NCBI RefSeq assembly: GCF_006345805.1
Contig: NC_042999.1
Coordinates: forward strand, 87,296,001 to 87,360,000
Reading direction: 5' to 3'
From: Octopus sinensis
Taxonomy: Eukaryota
Length of the DNA stretch: 64,000 bases
In this document: positions 1 through 12,800 of the stretch, one piece after another
How positions within the stretch are numbered: position 1 is the first letter of the stretch
Layout of the letters: each line of letters begins with the position of its first letter
Program-made: the position numbers and the translations under genes
Notes under the pieces: generated by a model
What the model was told of the DNA's origin: nothing
The model's database searches: none
The model's input: only the letters and a program-made list of their open reading frames with translations

Positions 1-1389
1 GAAGATATAAAATAAGTAGAAGTGTTTTGTCCAGAGAAATCAGTTGATTTATTTTTCATTCTGTATTCTCTGAACACTAACAAAGAAATTTAATATAGTT
101 TGATGGAATGGTTGAGAAAGCAGTTTATATATCAGGAATATTGGTTCTTGTACAAAAAACGTCTTTTAGCATGGTCATATAAAATGTATGTCAGATGAAA
201 TTTTGCTTGGAATTTGTAGGACAAAAGCAAGGTGAAGGAAAGTTAGGATAAAGTAGCTTGATGAAATCACAGAATATCAGGTTTTGGTAACTATTAGTTT
301 TGTAGTTTCATTCATTGGAGTGCAGCTATGCTGGGGTTCCATCTTCAAGGGGGATTGCCAGTTGCATTGATCCCATTATTTGTTTCAGTCTGGTCCTTAT
401 TTTATTGATTTCGCTTTATTGACCAATGGTAGACAATGTATAGATAAACTTTCACATACAGATGATTGTCTTTTGCACAGTTTCGGCCTTTCAAATTCCA
501 CCCACAAAGATATTGGTCAACCCAAAGCTATAGAACAGCCCAAAGTGTTTTGCAGTGAAATTGAAGTTACAGACATCTTGCAAAGCATACAGTCATGTTC
601 ACACCTAATTTATGTGAGCATGGAAAATTTCATAAAATGCTTCTTATGGTGATAATTTCTGTGGCCTTGATCTTGTGATATAATCTCTTGTACAGGGAAT
701 TAAATCATAGTAGAAGTTGGATTATAATTTTAAATGAGGCCACAAGAGAAATTTGTAGCTAGAAGTTACCACACTTCATTATATAATTTCCTGCTTTCAG
801 TCATCATTCCTGTGTAATGTGAAACTTGTTTCATTAGAGGCAATTGCAAATAAAACAATTTTTCACTTCTTAACATCTGCAATAAATTGTTTATGAATTC
901 ATTTGTAATTTTTAGTTTGGAGATAAAATTAACTGTGTTGCATTAATATAATATTTTTGTTGTCTCTGCTTTTCATCAAGTCTTTAATGGTATTGATGTG
1001 CTTGTTATACATAGTAGTATTTCGTTGCATACATTTTAAAATAGCACTACTGATAACTTCATCTTCAGCAATTCAAGGGAGGATACACTCGAAAGATTTT
1101 TTTATTGTCTTCTCCTGGTTTAGGAGATGATTTGAGTTTAGTATTGCTGATTAATAAAATACCAGTTATCCAGTGCTCCAATGCATATAGCAGTCAATTA
1201 TACCTCAGCCATAGACAGCCAGGTGGACTTTACCTTTGAGATATATATTATTGCCAAAGATACTGTGATACTCTGTTTATCTGATACAAATAACTAGACT
1301 ATTCTTCAGTTTGTGGCCAATACCTTATCAGTTCAGTCAAATATAACTCAGAAAGAGGTTTAATTAAATAATTCTTATTTTTATTGCAG

Positions 1390-1505
1390 CCCTTCGTGGT
1401 GGTAGACAAAGTCGATTGCAGCAACTAATAAATTGGTGTGGAGGAAAAGATTTTGATGGTTGCCTCATCTTTGATGAATGCCATAAAGCGAAGAATTTTG
1501 TTCCT
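1390..1505 (+). CDS. SBNO-like exon, Walker B/DExH motif
   Basis: cag|...|gtaggt; [38 protein letters not shown]. Confidence 0.93.
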
Positions 1506-3839
1506 GTAGGTATTTCATATTAAACAAAAGAGGAATATTTTTAAAGAAAGAGTGATATTGTCATTCTGTTTTATTTTGTCCATTGAAGGTTTTGATTCTT
1601 TTGTCATTATGTTTATTGTTGTGTTTTTCTTGTGAATTCTTTATAAATATATAGATTTGCTAGAATTTTATTTCATATTGGATTTAAGAGACATATCTAC
1701 ATTTCCAAAACAAGATTTTCTAATTTAGTTTATTTAGAACTAGTAATCACTTAGTAAAATGTAAACTATTAGGAACATCTGATTTATTCTAAATAGTTCA
1801 ATTGTCATTGAGAATTGAGTTTAAAATTTATTAATAGGTGTAAGACCAGTGAGAACAATCAAAATCAAATCATATATCAGAAAGCAGGGGTTAAGTGACC
1901 CATCTGTTCGTGTCCGCTGTCAGCCTCGTCTGGCACCCGTGCCGGTGATACGTAAAAGCACCATTCGCTCATGGCCGTTTGCCAGCTCTGCCTGGCCCCG
2001 TGTCGGCGGCACGTAAAAGCACCATCCGTTCGTGTTCGTTGCCAGCCTCGCCTGGCCCCGTGCCGGTGACACGTAAAAGCACTGTCCGTTCGTGGCCGTT
2101 GGCCAGCTCTGTCTGGCCCCGTGTCGGTGGCACGTAAAAGCACCATCCGTTCGTGGCCGTTTGCCAGCTCTGTCTGGCAACCGTGTCGGTGGCACGTAAA
2201 AGCACCATCCGTTCGCGTCCGTTGCCAGCCTCGGCTGGCCCCCGTGCCGGTGACACGTAAAAGCACCGTCCGCTCGTGGCCGTTTGCCAGCTCTGTCTGG
2301 CAACCGTGTCGGTGGCACGTAAAAGCACCATCCGTTCGCGTTCGTTGCCAGCCTCGGCTGGCCCCCGTGTCGGTGACACGTAAAAGCACCGTCCGTTCGT
2401 GGCCGGTTGCCAGCTCTGTCTGGCTCCGTGTCGGTGGCACGTAAAAGCACCATCCGTTCGTGTCCGTTGCCAGCATCGCCTGGCCCCGTGCTGGTGACAC
2501 GTAAAAGCACCATCCGTTCATGGCCGTTCGCCAGCTCTGTCTGGCACCTGTGCAGGTGGCACGTAAAAAACACCCACTACACTCGCGGAGTGGTTGGCGT
2601 TAGGAAGGGCATCCAGCCGTAGAAACACTGCCAGATCTGACTGGGCCTGACGAAGCCTTCCAGCTTCACAGACCCCCAGTTGACCCGTCCAACCCATGCT
2701 AGCATGGAAAACGGACGCTAAACGATGATGATGATGTATCTATTAAATTCATTGAAAAATTATTTATTTTGAATCTAAGGCAAACGTAGCCATACAATTA
2801 TACAAGGACATATATCTATTAAATATTCAAGTTTTCTTTTGGTTATGAACTCAGTTCTTTTAAGATTTGCTTGAAAAGAGAGATACAAATCATTGATTTT
2901 CATTTGAGATTTGTTTAGGATTTTAATCTTGATTTAATATTGTAATATATATATTATGTTGAGAAATAACCATAATATCTTTGAGAATATTTCTTCTCAC
3001 TTTGGTTTCTTGGTGAGTGAATCATTCAAAGAAATAGGTATTTAAAAGAATATTATTGAAGTTACAGTCTGAAATTGTATGAAGTAATCTTATTCTTGAG
3101 TTATTAATTTACATTTAATATCCACTGATTAAGTCAGATATCTGTACATTCATGACTACTTGTTAAGTTCAGTCTAATATTACTAAATTCCTTTAAAGAT
3201 TGTATTTAGTTGTTTCTAACTGTACTCAGTAAAGTCATGACTACACAATGTGACTACAGTGAATATTAAACCTGAATTCATGTCATAAGGTTAATCTTAG
3301 TCTTACATTCTGATCTTAGGAATTTATTCATATATATGAATATCAATGCATTTAGATGCTGAAGTGAAATACAACAGATCAATCTAACATTTACTGTGGT
3401 TAAGAGAGGGATTCTACTATTAGGGGTCATTCTATCTGCTGCTCTTAGATGGTTGTTTCAAATTCTGGTGACTCTATGTGAGTATCAGAAGGTAGAGTAT
3501 ACTTTCAGAAGATGCAGCAGAAGTCAATTCTGAGAATTGAATTCAAATTCTATTTACACTTTTGTTTTTTCTAAATTTTTATATGAATTCTGTTTATCCT
3601 TAAGATGTAGATTGAAATTTTACTTAATTTCCGTTTGAAATTTGTTTCTATTCTAGGGCCGTGAGCATGCCAGTACTAAAGTTGCTAACGCTGTTATGAC
3701 TATTCAAAGGTAAATTAACATTTAATTGAAAATTAAAACCATTGTTGTATTTATTCATGTATAATGCTCTGACAAAATTTGGGGCAGTGAAATCTCAGGG
3801 TGGAGGGCACTTTTATCATGCATATTGATTTTTTGGTAC

Positions 3840-3870
<31 letters not shown>

Positions 3871-6800
3871 ATGTGCAGGAGAACCCTATTTTCACATATG
3901 GCTCGTTCTCAATTTGATTATGAAGCTTGGTGCTAACTTGCAACTCTTTAGCACCATTTTGGTTTCTGGGATAATATATTGGACCTTGTGTTTATTTCTT
4001 TCTTAAATCCCTTAACTTGATACTAAATGCTAATCATAGTATTTTCTATCCTGTAAATCTATAACCTGCAAAATTAAATCAATTTGTCAGACAAGTAATT
4101 GAACTTTTCAATTTGTATCTAAGACAGTTTGTAGACAGTTTCTCTCTAATAAATTTAGTTTCAGGAAAATCTTTGATGTTATGAAAAAAAAAAAAAAATT
4201 TCTCTTGCATATTATGAATGAATTAATATTTTGATTATTTCAGACTTCTTCCTAAAGCAAGAGTCATCTATTGTTCAGCTACTGGAGTGTCAGATGTGAA
4301 AAATATGGTAAGATATTTTACTTTTTATATATTTCATACATGAAATAGAATGAACAAATACTTCATTCTGGATTATGTTGATTTCCTCATTAAATTGATA
4401 ACTTTATGATACTAAAAATATTTGTAAAAAAACTGTCTATCCTAATTAAAACTAATAGAAACATGGTTTGTTAATCTGATGTTATAACTGTTGGCCAGTC
4501 ATCATTGCCATCATTTTGCATTTACTTTCCATGAGTTGGATAGATTATTATGGTCTGTATTAGTTATTATTTAGTGTTACTGCCCTCTTAATGGTTGTAT
4601 TATGCTGTTCTTATTGTTATAGAGTGTTGTGTCACATAGTTTTTATGAATTACATTGCATTTTGCATTGACGTTCTGTTCAAAACAACTTAATATTTTAC
4701 CTGATTGGGATAAATCAAGGGTTTTCCATTGAGGTCCATATAAGATTTGGGGGGGTCCAAGCAACAAAATAATAAATTTTAAGGGTCCCTGAAAAAATTT
4801 TACTTTAGTTGTATGTATTGGTATGTATTGCAAGAAACAGCTCACTTTCTTTCCCTAACATTTTACACAGTTCAACCCACACAAATTGATGTGTGATAAA
4901 CAAAATATCAGTTTTGAAAGATGTTTCTATAAAACTAGTTTTTAAACATTGAAAAGTGATGGGGATCCATCAGAATAAAATAGTTAAAAAAGGGGTCCAT
5001 AGATAATAAATAGTTGAGAACCCCTGGGGTAAATCAACTTGATCTGTACCCTGCTTATTTACTGATCAGACAATCTGCTGTAAAACTCAGCCTTCCTTTC
5101 AGTGAACTACATAATCTGAAAACATATCTGTTATTCAAACACCATCTTTGTTGCTTTTTTCCGTGTTTTAATTTCAATTTACATCCTTATATCAACTTGT
5201 GTACACACATATGTCATGGAATATACATTTTATCTTTTTTTCTCTTTTATTTTAGGCTTTCATGGAGAGACTTGGGCTTTGGGGAGATGGTGCACCTTTT
5301 CCATCTTTTGAAAACTTTTTGGATTGTATGTCTCGAAAAGGACTAGGTAAATTATATATTTATATTTGTTTCCAGTGATATAAAGCAGATTTGATTCTTA
5401 AGGAAAATATTTCACCAGTTTGTTATACTTTAGGTTGAATTTTTGTTTCAATACGCTGTTGGGCCTCAAAGGCACAATGACTGAGATCTTTGGTATTATG
5501 TCATACTTAAGAAGAAGACCCATCAAGCTGAACAAAAATGCAGTCGTGGAAGATGCCTGTTTACATGCAAATGGCATCCGTGCTGGTGGCATGTAAAAGC
5601 ACCCATTACATTCTCAGAGTGGTTAGTGTTAGGAAGAGCATCCAGCCATAGAAAACCATGCCAAATCAGACTGGAGTGTGGTTCAGCCTTCCAGCTTACC
5701 AACCCTGGCCAAACTATCCAACCCATGCCAGCATGGACAACAGACGTTAAATGATGATGATGCTGAAAGTTTACAATTATATGATTTTTTTTATAGAAGG
5801 GGGATAGTAAAAATCAAAAATCAAATATGTAAGATGTAAACTTTTAGTCAGTAGATAGATGATAATTAAAGAACAGGAATGCTAATTATTCCATTTGTAA
5901 CGGATGTTGAAGTTAAGTAGAGTTAGATTAAATTGAAAGATAAACTATCATTAAACAATGTTTTTAATACAAATATGTTTTGGAAACATGGTTGTAGATT
6001 ATCATTGTAAAAGGGAATATATAATGTAAAATATTGTGATTATTACTAAGTTGAATGTTCAGTAATTTTTTGAAAAAGAAGCTTAATATAATGTGGGAAA
6101 ACAAATTTTGAGTTGGTCAGTACAGATTTCATCAGTTTTGAAAATCTGTTTGATATAGCTGGAAATGTGATGGAAATAAGTTTTTTTCTGTTGAGCTTTC
6201 AAAGAATAACTATCAATTTTGTTTGCAAAGTAGTGCAATGTGAACATTAAAATTATTTGATCTTTTGTTTCAAGTTGCCATCCTTGAATGATCAACCCTT
6301 TTGATTTTAGAGAGATAATAACAGATTAAAATAGCGAAATAGTTACAATCAGGTCTCAATCGAGTTGCAGATTTGATATTGTGGGAGTTCTCCACCTCCA
6401 TGACATGGCATTTGCTACAACATAAAACAAATTGTGAAAATAGAAGACATCCAGGGAATAGAAGAAACTCTTGTGTGAAGTGATTCTATTATTACTATTA
6501 AACTCTAATTTAGCCATGATACAACAAATTTGTAATCAATGCCGTCAAGCCAAGTGAAATCGTAGTCCTGACCAATGCTGGTTTCATATAACTGGCACCT
6601 GTGCTGGTAGCATGTAAAAAGCACCCTTTGAGCATTGGGCCTCATGGAAGCAAGGTGGCTGATACTGGTGGTATGTGAAAAGCACTTTTTGAGTGTTGGG
6701 GTTCATGGAGGCAATGACAGATGACTGAGACTTTTGGCATTATGCTGTTCTTGAGAAGACCCATCAAGCCAAGTAAAATTGTAGTCATGGCAGATACTGA

Positions 6801-9800
6801 TGTCATGTAAATGGTGCCGGTGGTGGCATGTAAAAGCACCCATTACATTCTTGGAGTGGTTGGTGTTAGGAGGGGCATCCAACTGTAGAAACCATGCCAA
6901 ATCAGACTAGAGTCTGGTATAGCCTTCCTGCTTCTCAGCCCTGGTCAAACCGTCCAACTCATGCCAGCATGGACAATGGACGTTAAATGATGATGACAAT
7001 TTTCATTTATGACATAAAACTATATTATAAAATGTTTCCTTTTTCTTAAGACACTAGGGTATGATTTGAAGGAGATTTGGGTGCTATTTCTAACAAGAGG
7101 CTTATTTTATTGAAATATATTACAAGCAGGTGAAAATGCTGCTGCAACCTTGTTTGAAAATTAGGCATTGATGATCTTCCTTAACTCTTATTCTAATCAT
7201 AAGTAATAAGTCATACACTATTTGTACATTAAATGCTTTAAAAAAGAAAATAATCAAATCAGTTCAGATGTTCAATTTTTTTTTTTTTTTTGGTTACAGG
7301 TGCAGCTGAAATGCTTGCCATGGAAATGAAATCGTCAGGGATGTATGTTTCTAGAGGCCTCAGTTTTAAACAAGCAGAGGTAAATCACATTGTATTTAGA
7401 TATTTATTTACTCTTGTTTTCATTTATTATATTTTTAATGTCTATTTATATTTACTCTTTATCCAATCTTTGAGTGTATTGTCCCTTAGAAAGTTGGTGG
7501 TATTAAGTAAATTAGACAAGATTAGGATTATAGTGAACTAATTTCATGATATGTTTAAAAACCTCAAAGCCTTGAACCGTTTGATTTGTAACAGAAGGTT
7601 CATGAATTCATTTGGAAGTTCAGTATGTTCTGTGTATGTTGAAAATATGGTATTACATAGATGATCTGTAAACATACTGATCAAAATTACTATCACTTAT
7701 ACTCTTTACACTCCTCTCTCCATTACATTGTACTGTGCCACATTCAGATGGAAATGGTATTAGCTCTGTTGACCCTCTCATCTCTGTCACTCACCCCTAC
7801 CTTCAATTACTCTCTATTTGTTGCATCTTCTCACCCAAATAGCAAGGATGATTATTGGACTTGTGCAAACTTCTATACTCATTCTCTCTCTTTCACCAAG
7901 TTGCCTGTAGATGAGAGTTAGCAGTGGATCTGTTCAAATTTGATATACCCACCATTATCCTCTCTATGCTGCCAGCCTACCTTGTCATAGTTGTTTCATG
8001 CCATTGTCCTCTATTACCAACCATCATATGGTCTCCACTCTGTGAAGTTATTACTTTTTCTCTTCCATTATTCTCCCCTACTAGTATTTCATTACTCATC
8101 TCTCTACCATTTTCACACCTTGGTCATTGTTTTCTCTCATACTACCCACCCTCATCCTTAATCATTCTCTTTTCCTTTCACTCCATCTTGAATGAATGGA
8201 GTCTCTGTAGGGTCAAGAGAACCTTATAATCTTGGTGAGGGCATAAAATCTCTGGGGTTGGTGCAATGATGAAATGCACCCAGTACACAGTAAAGTTGTT
8301 GCTAACAGGATGGGCATCCATCCATAGAAAATATGTTGAAAATTGGAATTTTCAACAAGCAAGATATGACCCTTTCCTCTTCCTGACTTCCACATAAGAA
8401 CCAGCTTGAATTATGATAACTTGTGCAATCCATGCCAGCATAGAAAATGCATATAAAATGATGATGATATCAGTGTAAAGAAAATAGCAACATATCTGTT
8501 AGATATAGAACTGTATATCTGTTTCTGATAAGTTTTTTTTTCTGTTTAGGTGAAATAGTAAAATGAATGTTTTTGATAGCTTTTTAAATATTAACTACAT
8601 TGTAGTTTATTGGTTTCCAAAAGATGAAGTTTTCACTACTACTCTCTCACATTCTCAGTCATTTCTCTCTCTGTCTCTCAGACATACACACACACACTGG
8701 ATAGGACTATGCTTTGATTTTAACTACTTGCAAATATTTTGATATTTCTTTTGTTTTCTTTTACAGTTTATAACTGTAGAGGCTGAACTTACTACAGAAC
8801 AAATGAAAACCTATGACATTGCAGCATATATATGGTATATCATTCTTCATATTTCTGCTTCTTAACAAATATTGATAAATAAATTTTGAGCTGTTAACTT
8901 CATCGTTTATGAAAAAAAACAAATGATGAAATAGATTATAGTATATATTTCATGCTCCCTATATTCCTGCTGAGGTCAACTTAGTCTTTAACTTTTTAAC
9001 ATTCAAATTATTCTGTCAAATGTAATGCTTATTTATTCACATTGATTTCAATTAATCATTCATTAGCTTTGAGATTTCTATGACGTGCTTGTTTATTTTT
9101 GGTATGACATCACAGGGTAGGTGTGAGAGGCCAAATATGGCCAGTTTGAACATAAAACAAATAGAAAAGTTTGGGCCCAATATGGCCAGTTTGAGCCAAT
9201 AAAAGGAAGTACCAGTGTATATAGTTTTAAAATTAGGGATGGATGAAAATGCCCATCATTTAAATACTGAATAAAAAAAGATACTCATTAACTTTTAACT
9301 TGCATTTTAAGTCTATTGTCAAAGCTTGCATTCATACTTAATTTTGAATCAAGAAGTGTTCACTGTTCAGTCCTAGACTGAGCACTTTAAAAAAAAGTTG
9401 AATTTTGAAAGTAAGAAGTAGTGTAGTGTTGATTTATATTTTTGTTAACTAAAACAAATAAAAACTTGCATAATTACTGGTATATGATGTAATTTTTCCT
9501 CCAAATGTACTCAAAAAATTAATAATAGATGACATCCTACCTAATTCCTGTACACCAGCACCTACACATAATACGACATCCTGGTCTCTGTACATCGGCA
9601 TATTCACATATAGATAGATACCATCTAGTGATGAAATATGATTAATCTGGTCAAATTGTGATTTATAAAAAAGGAAAGCAGAAAATGAGGTTAACAGCTC
9701 TGATATATAACAAATATGAATAGGTGAAATAAAAATGGTTTTTGAATTAGCTAAAAATCAAGTTTCTAATTACATATGTGATTTTCCAGGAATGAATTAC

Positions 9801-12800
9801 GGAAAGCATTATCAACTGCCCTTCATCGGACAAATTGTGGCAATAATAGAATATGGACACAGTATTGGTCTTCACACCAGCGTTTCTTTAAACAACTTTG
9901 GTAAGTACATTATTACAAGCATTCTTTTAATTTATATATTATGGCTGTGAAGTTAATGTGGTGTGCTACAGAGCGTCTGGTCACAAAAGCTCAGATGTTA
10001 CTACTGCCAGTGTGTTTTAGTGTGCTTGACTAGAAAGATTAAATAAATAAATTTCTATTACTTATTGCTGAGTGGTGTTATTTTCAAAACAACTTCTTCA
10101 ACAAATTAATAAAATAGTAAAATATTATTTACCCATATCAACATGGAAAATGGATGTTAAATGATGATGATGATATGTATATGGCCTGATTTTTATAATT
10201 GATAGGCCTGTCAGATACAAGGCATGGTAAATGTGTGTGGCAACTTATGGTAACCCTAGAATGGTTACCAAAGGAATATTCTTTGTGTGGTTATATTGAT
10301 TTCAGACTGAATGTCAGTTTTTAATCTTTTCAGTATGGGAATGAAAGTTCCAACAATTATACAACATGCACAAGAGGCACTACAGCAAGGCCATTGTGTA
10401 GTAATAGGTCTTCAAACAACTGGTGAGGTAAGTTTCTAATTTTATTATTTATATTAAAAAAGAAAATACAACTTTAAAAAAAAAATTTCCAGTCTTCAAA
10501 TTTAATAAATTTTTATTGCCTTTACAAATAATTTCTGTTGTTGGATATAGTATTTCCTGGCATATAATGTACACTTCAGTAATATAAGACCCATCAAGCA
10601 GTGCAAAATCACAGTTGTGTCAGATACCAGTGTCATATGCAAATGGCACCCATGCTGGTGTTACTTAAAAGCACCCATTACACTCTTAGAGTGGTTGGTG
10701 TTAGGAAAAGCATCCAGCCATAAAACCATTGGAGTTTGGTGCATTCCTTCAGCTTACCAACCCTGATCAAACCATCCAACTCATGCTAGCATGGACAACG
10801 GCTGTTAAATGATAATGATGATGATTTAGGAAAAAATAAGTCTTAAAATCAAATTACAAAAGGTTTGGGTGATACTATAGGGCCTAGAAAAACATGGAGA
10901 CTAATTTTTAGTATACATTTTTGGGAAAAACTGTTATATGCTAGAAAATATGCATGTTAATTTCCATTTCTTTTAGTTAAAAAGAAAAAAAGACATTTAA
11001 CATATTTTTTTAAAACTAAAATAAATGGAAATTAACATTCATATTTTCTAGCATATAACACAGTTTTCCCAAATTTAACTTTTAACTTTTGACTTTTAAA
11101 ATTTAAATTCTTTCCTTTGAAGTATAATCTAGTATTGAACAAAACATGTTTGTTTATATTTTAAAAGCTAGTGTAAACTTTTAAATTCCTTTGTTTAAAT
11201 GATTTATATCTTCATTTGCTCTTAATTTCAAAAGCCATAAACGTAATTTAAAGATGAAAATCAGTAAATTTGCAAAAGAAAGAAAACAATGAGCAGTAAT
11301 TGCTGTTATTTCCTTTTATCTATTTCTTGTTTGCTTACACATCTTCCATTTATATATGTAAAACATATTCTTTGGGCAATATTTGTTCATCTTTAATAAA
11401 TTAGCTGGTATACAATTAATTAAATTTTACTGTTTTAATGAAATTTGAAAATTCTTCTTTGTTAATTTCTAGGCATCGTTGGAAAATGAACTTGGTCGAA
11501 ATAAAGGTGTTACTGGTTTTGTTTCTTTATGCCGAGAAATACTGACACGGTTCATCAGAATTTACTTTCCTACTATGATTGAATGTGGAGTAAGTTTACT
11601 TATAGTACACATTTATTTTGTTTTGTTTAAATTTTATTCTTTTAACAAACTCATTATTATTTTTTGTGTCAACTTACCTCTTAATAATTTCTTGATGTGA
11701 TGAGGTGTCCAGAACATACCCTCAGAAAGTGAACATATGTGAATGTAGGGGACAGAATCAGGAAAGGTATGGGAAGAGAGTAGATAATTAGAAATGGCAG
11801 TAGAGGTGAATGTAGTGAAGGGTGAATGAGGGTGGGGGGTTGGTTGATTGTAAACATGAGTTGGGGTGAAAGTGATAAGAATGAGAGAAGGATGTAAATA
11901 CAAGTGACTCATGAAAGAGGAGATGGTGCCTGGCAGTACATCCCATCTTTGTTGTTCAAATACTTGTTATTATTCACATTTAGCTCATTTTCAATCAATT
12001 TACACAAATTACCGAGGTCATTATTGTGTTCTAGTTTTTATCATATGTGTATCTTGTCTGCTAAAGATATCATAAGACAGTTGTAGTGCTGAAATCCTTA
12101 TTGAGGTAATCAGACAATCAGGCTGATTTTTTTCCTTAATGGTTTATCCATTTTGGAGAGATTCTGATTCTCGAGATTATCTTCCCTTCTCACTTGGAAT
12201 TGGTACCAAATGATTAGATAGTAGAGATAGTTAAATCAAATCAAGAATTTATCTTGTTATTTAATATGCCCTTATTTGTCTTTGCTGTTCAAAACTCATT
12301 GGTTACTCTGAGTTATTTCACTCAGCTCATTTGAGTTTCATGTATATGATATTATGAAGGGCATCCAGCTGCTGAAACCATGCCAAAGCTGACAGTGGAA
12401 CCTCTTGCAGCTCTCTAGCTTGCCAGCTCTTGTCAAACCATCCTACCCATGCCAACATGGAAACAAATGTTAAATGATGATGACAGTGCATATATTTATA
12501 TTTTTAAGTTTATAATTATCAATAATATTAATATGCTTAGTTTTCTTTGTTTTTGTACATACTTGTGGTGTGTGTTATACTTACTTGAAAGGAAGAGGTA
12601 AAAAGGTTGAAAGGAGAGGTACAAAGAAAAAGAGAAATAAAAGGTGTTAAGCAGAGGCGGTATACTTGGAGTGGCAATGTGGGAGAGAGGGGAGGGACAG
12701 AAACAGGAAGCATAGTTGAAGTGAGAGGCAAAGAAGAGGAAGTAAGAGGGAGAGAGAGAGAGGAGATTGATAGCACTGAGAGGTAAGAGAAATATAACGT

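Noticed and set aside
1901-2573. CRISPR-like array or pistol ribozyme array
   Set aside because: Units are contiguous with no unique spacers and there are no cas genes. The cgtg..cacg-taaaa motif only superficially resembles pistol P1; the other helices are missing.
1877-2622. Overlapping 71-217 aa ORFs with repeated peptides
   Set aside because: They are translations of a GC-rich ~60-bp tandem array inside a retroposon, open in several frames on both strands.
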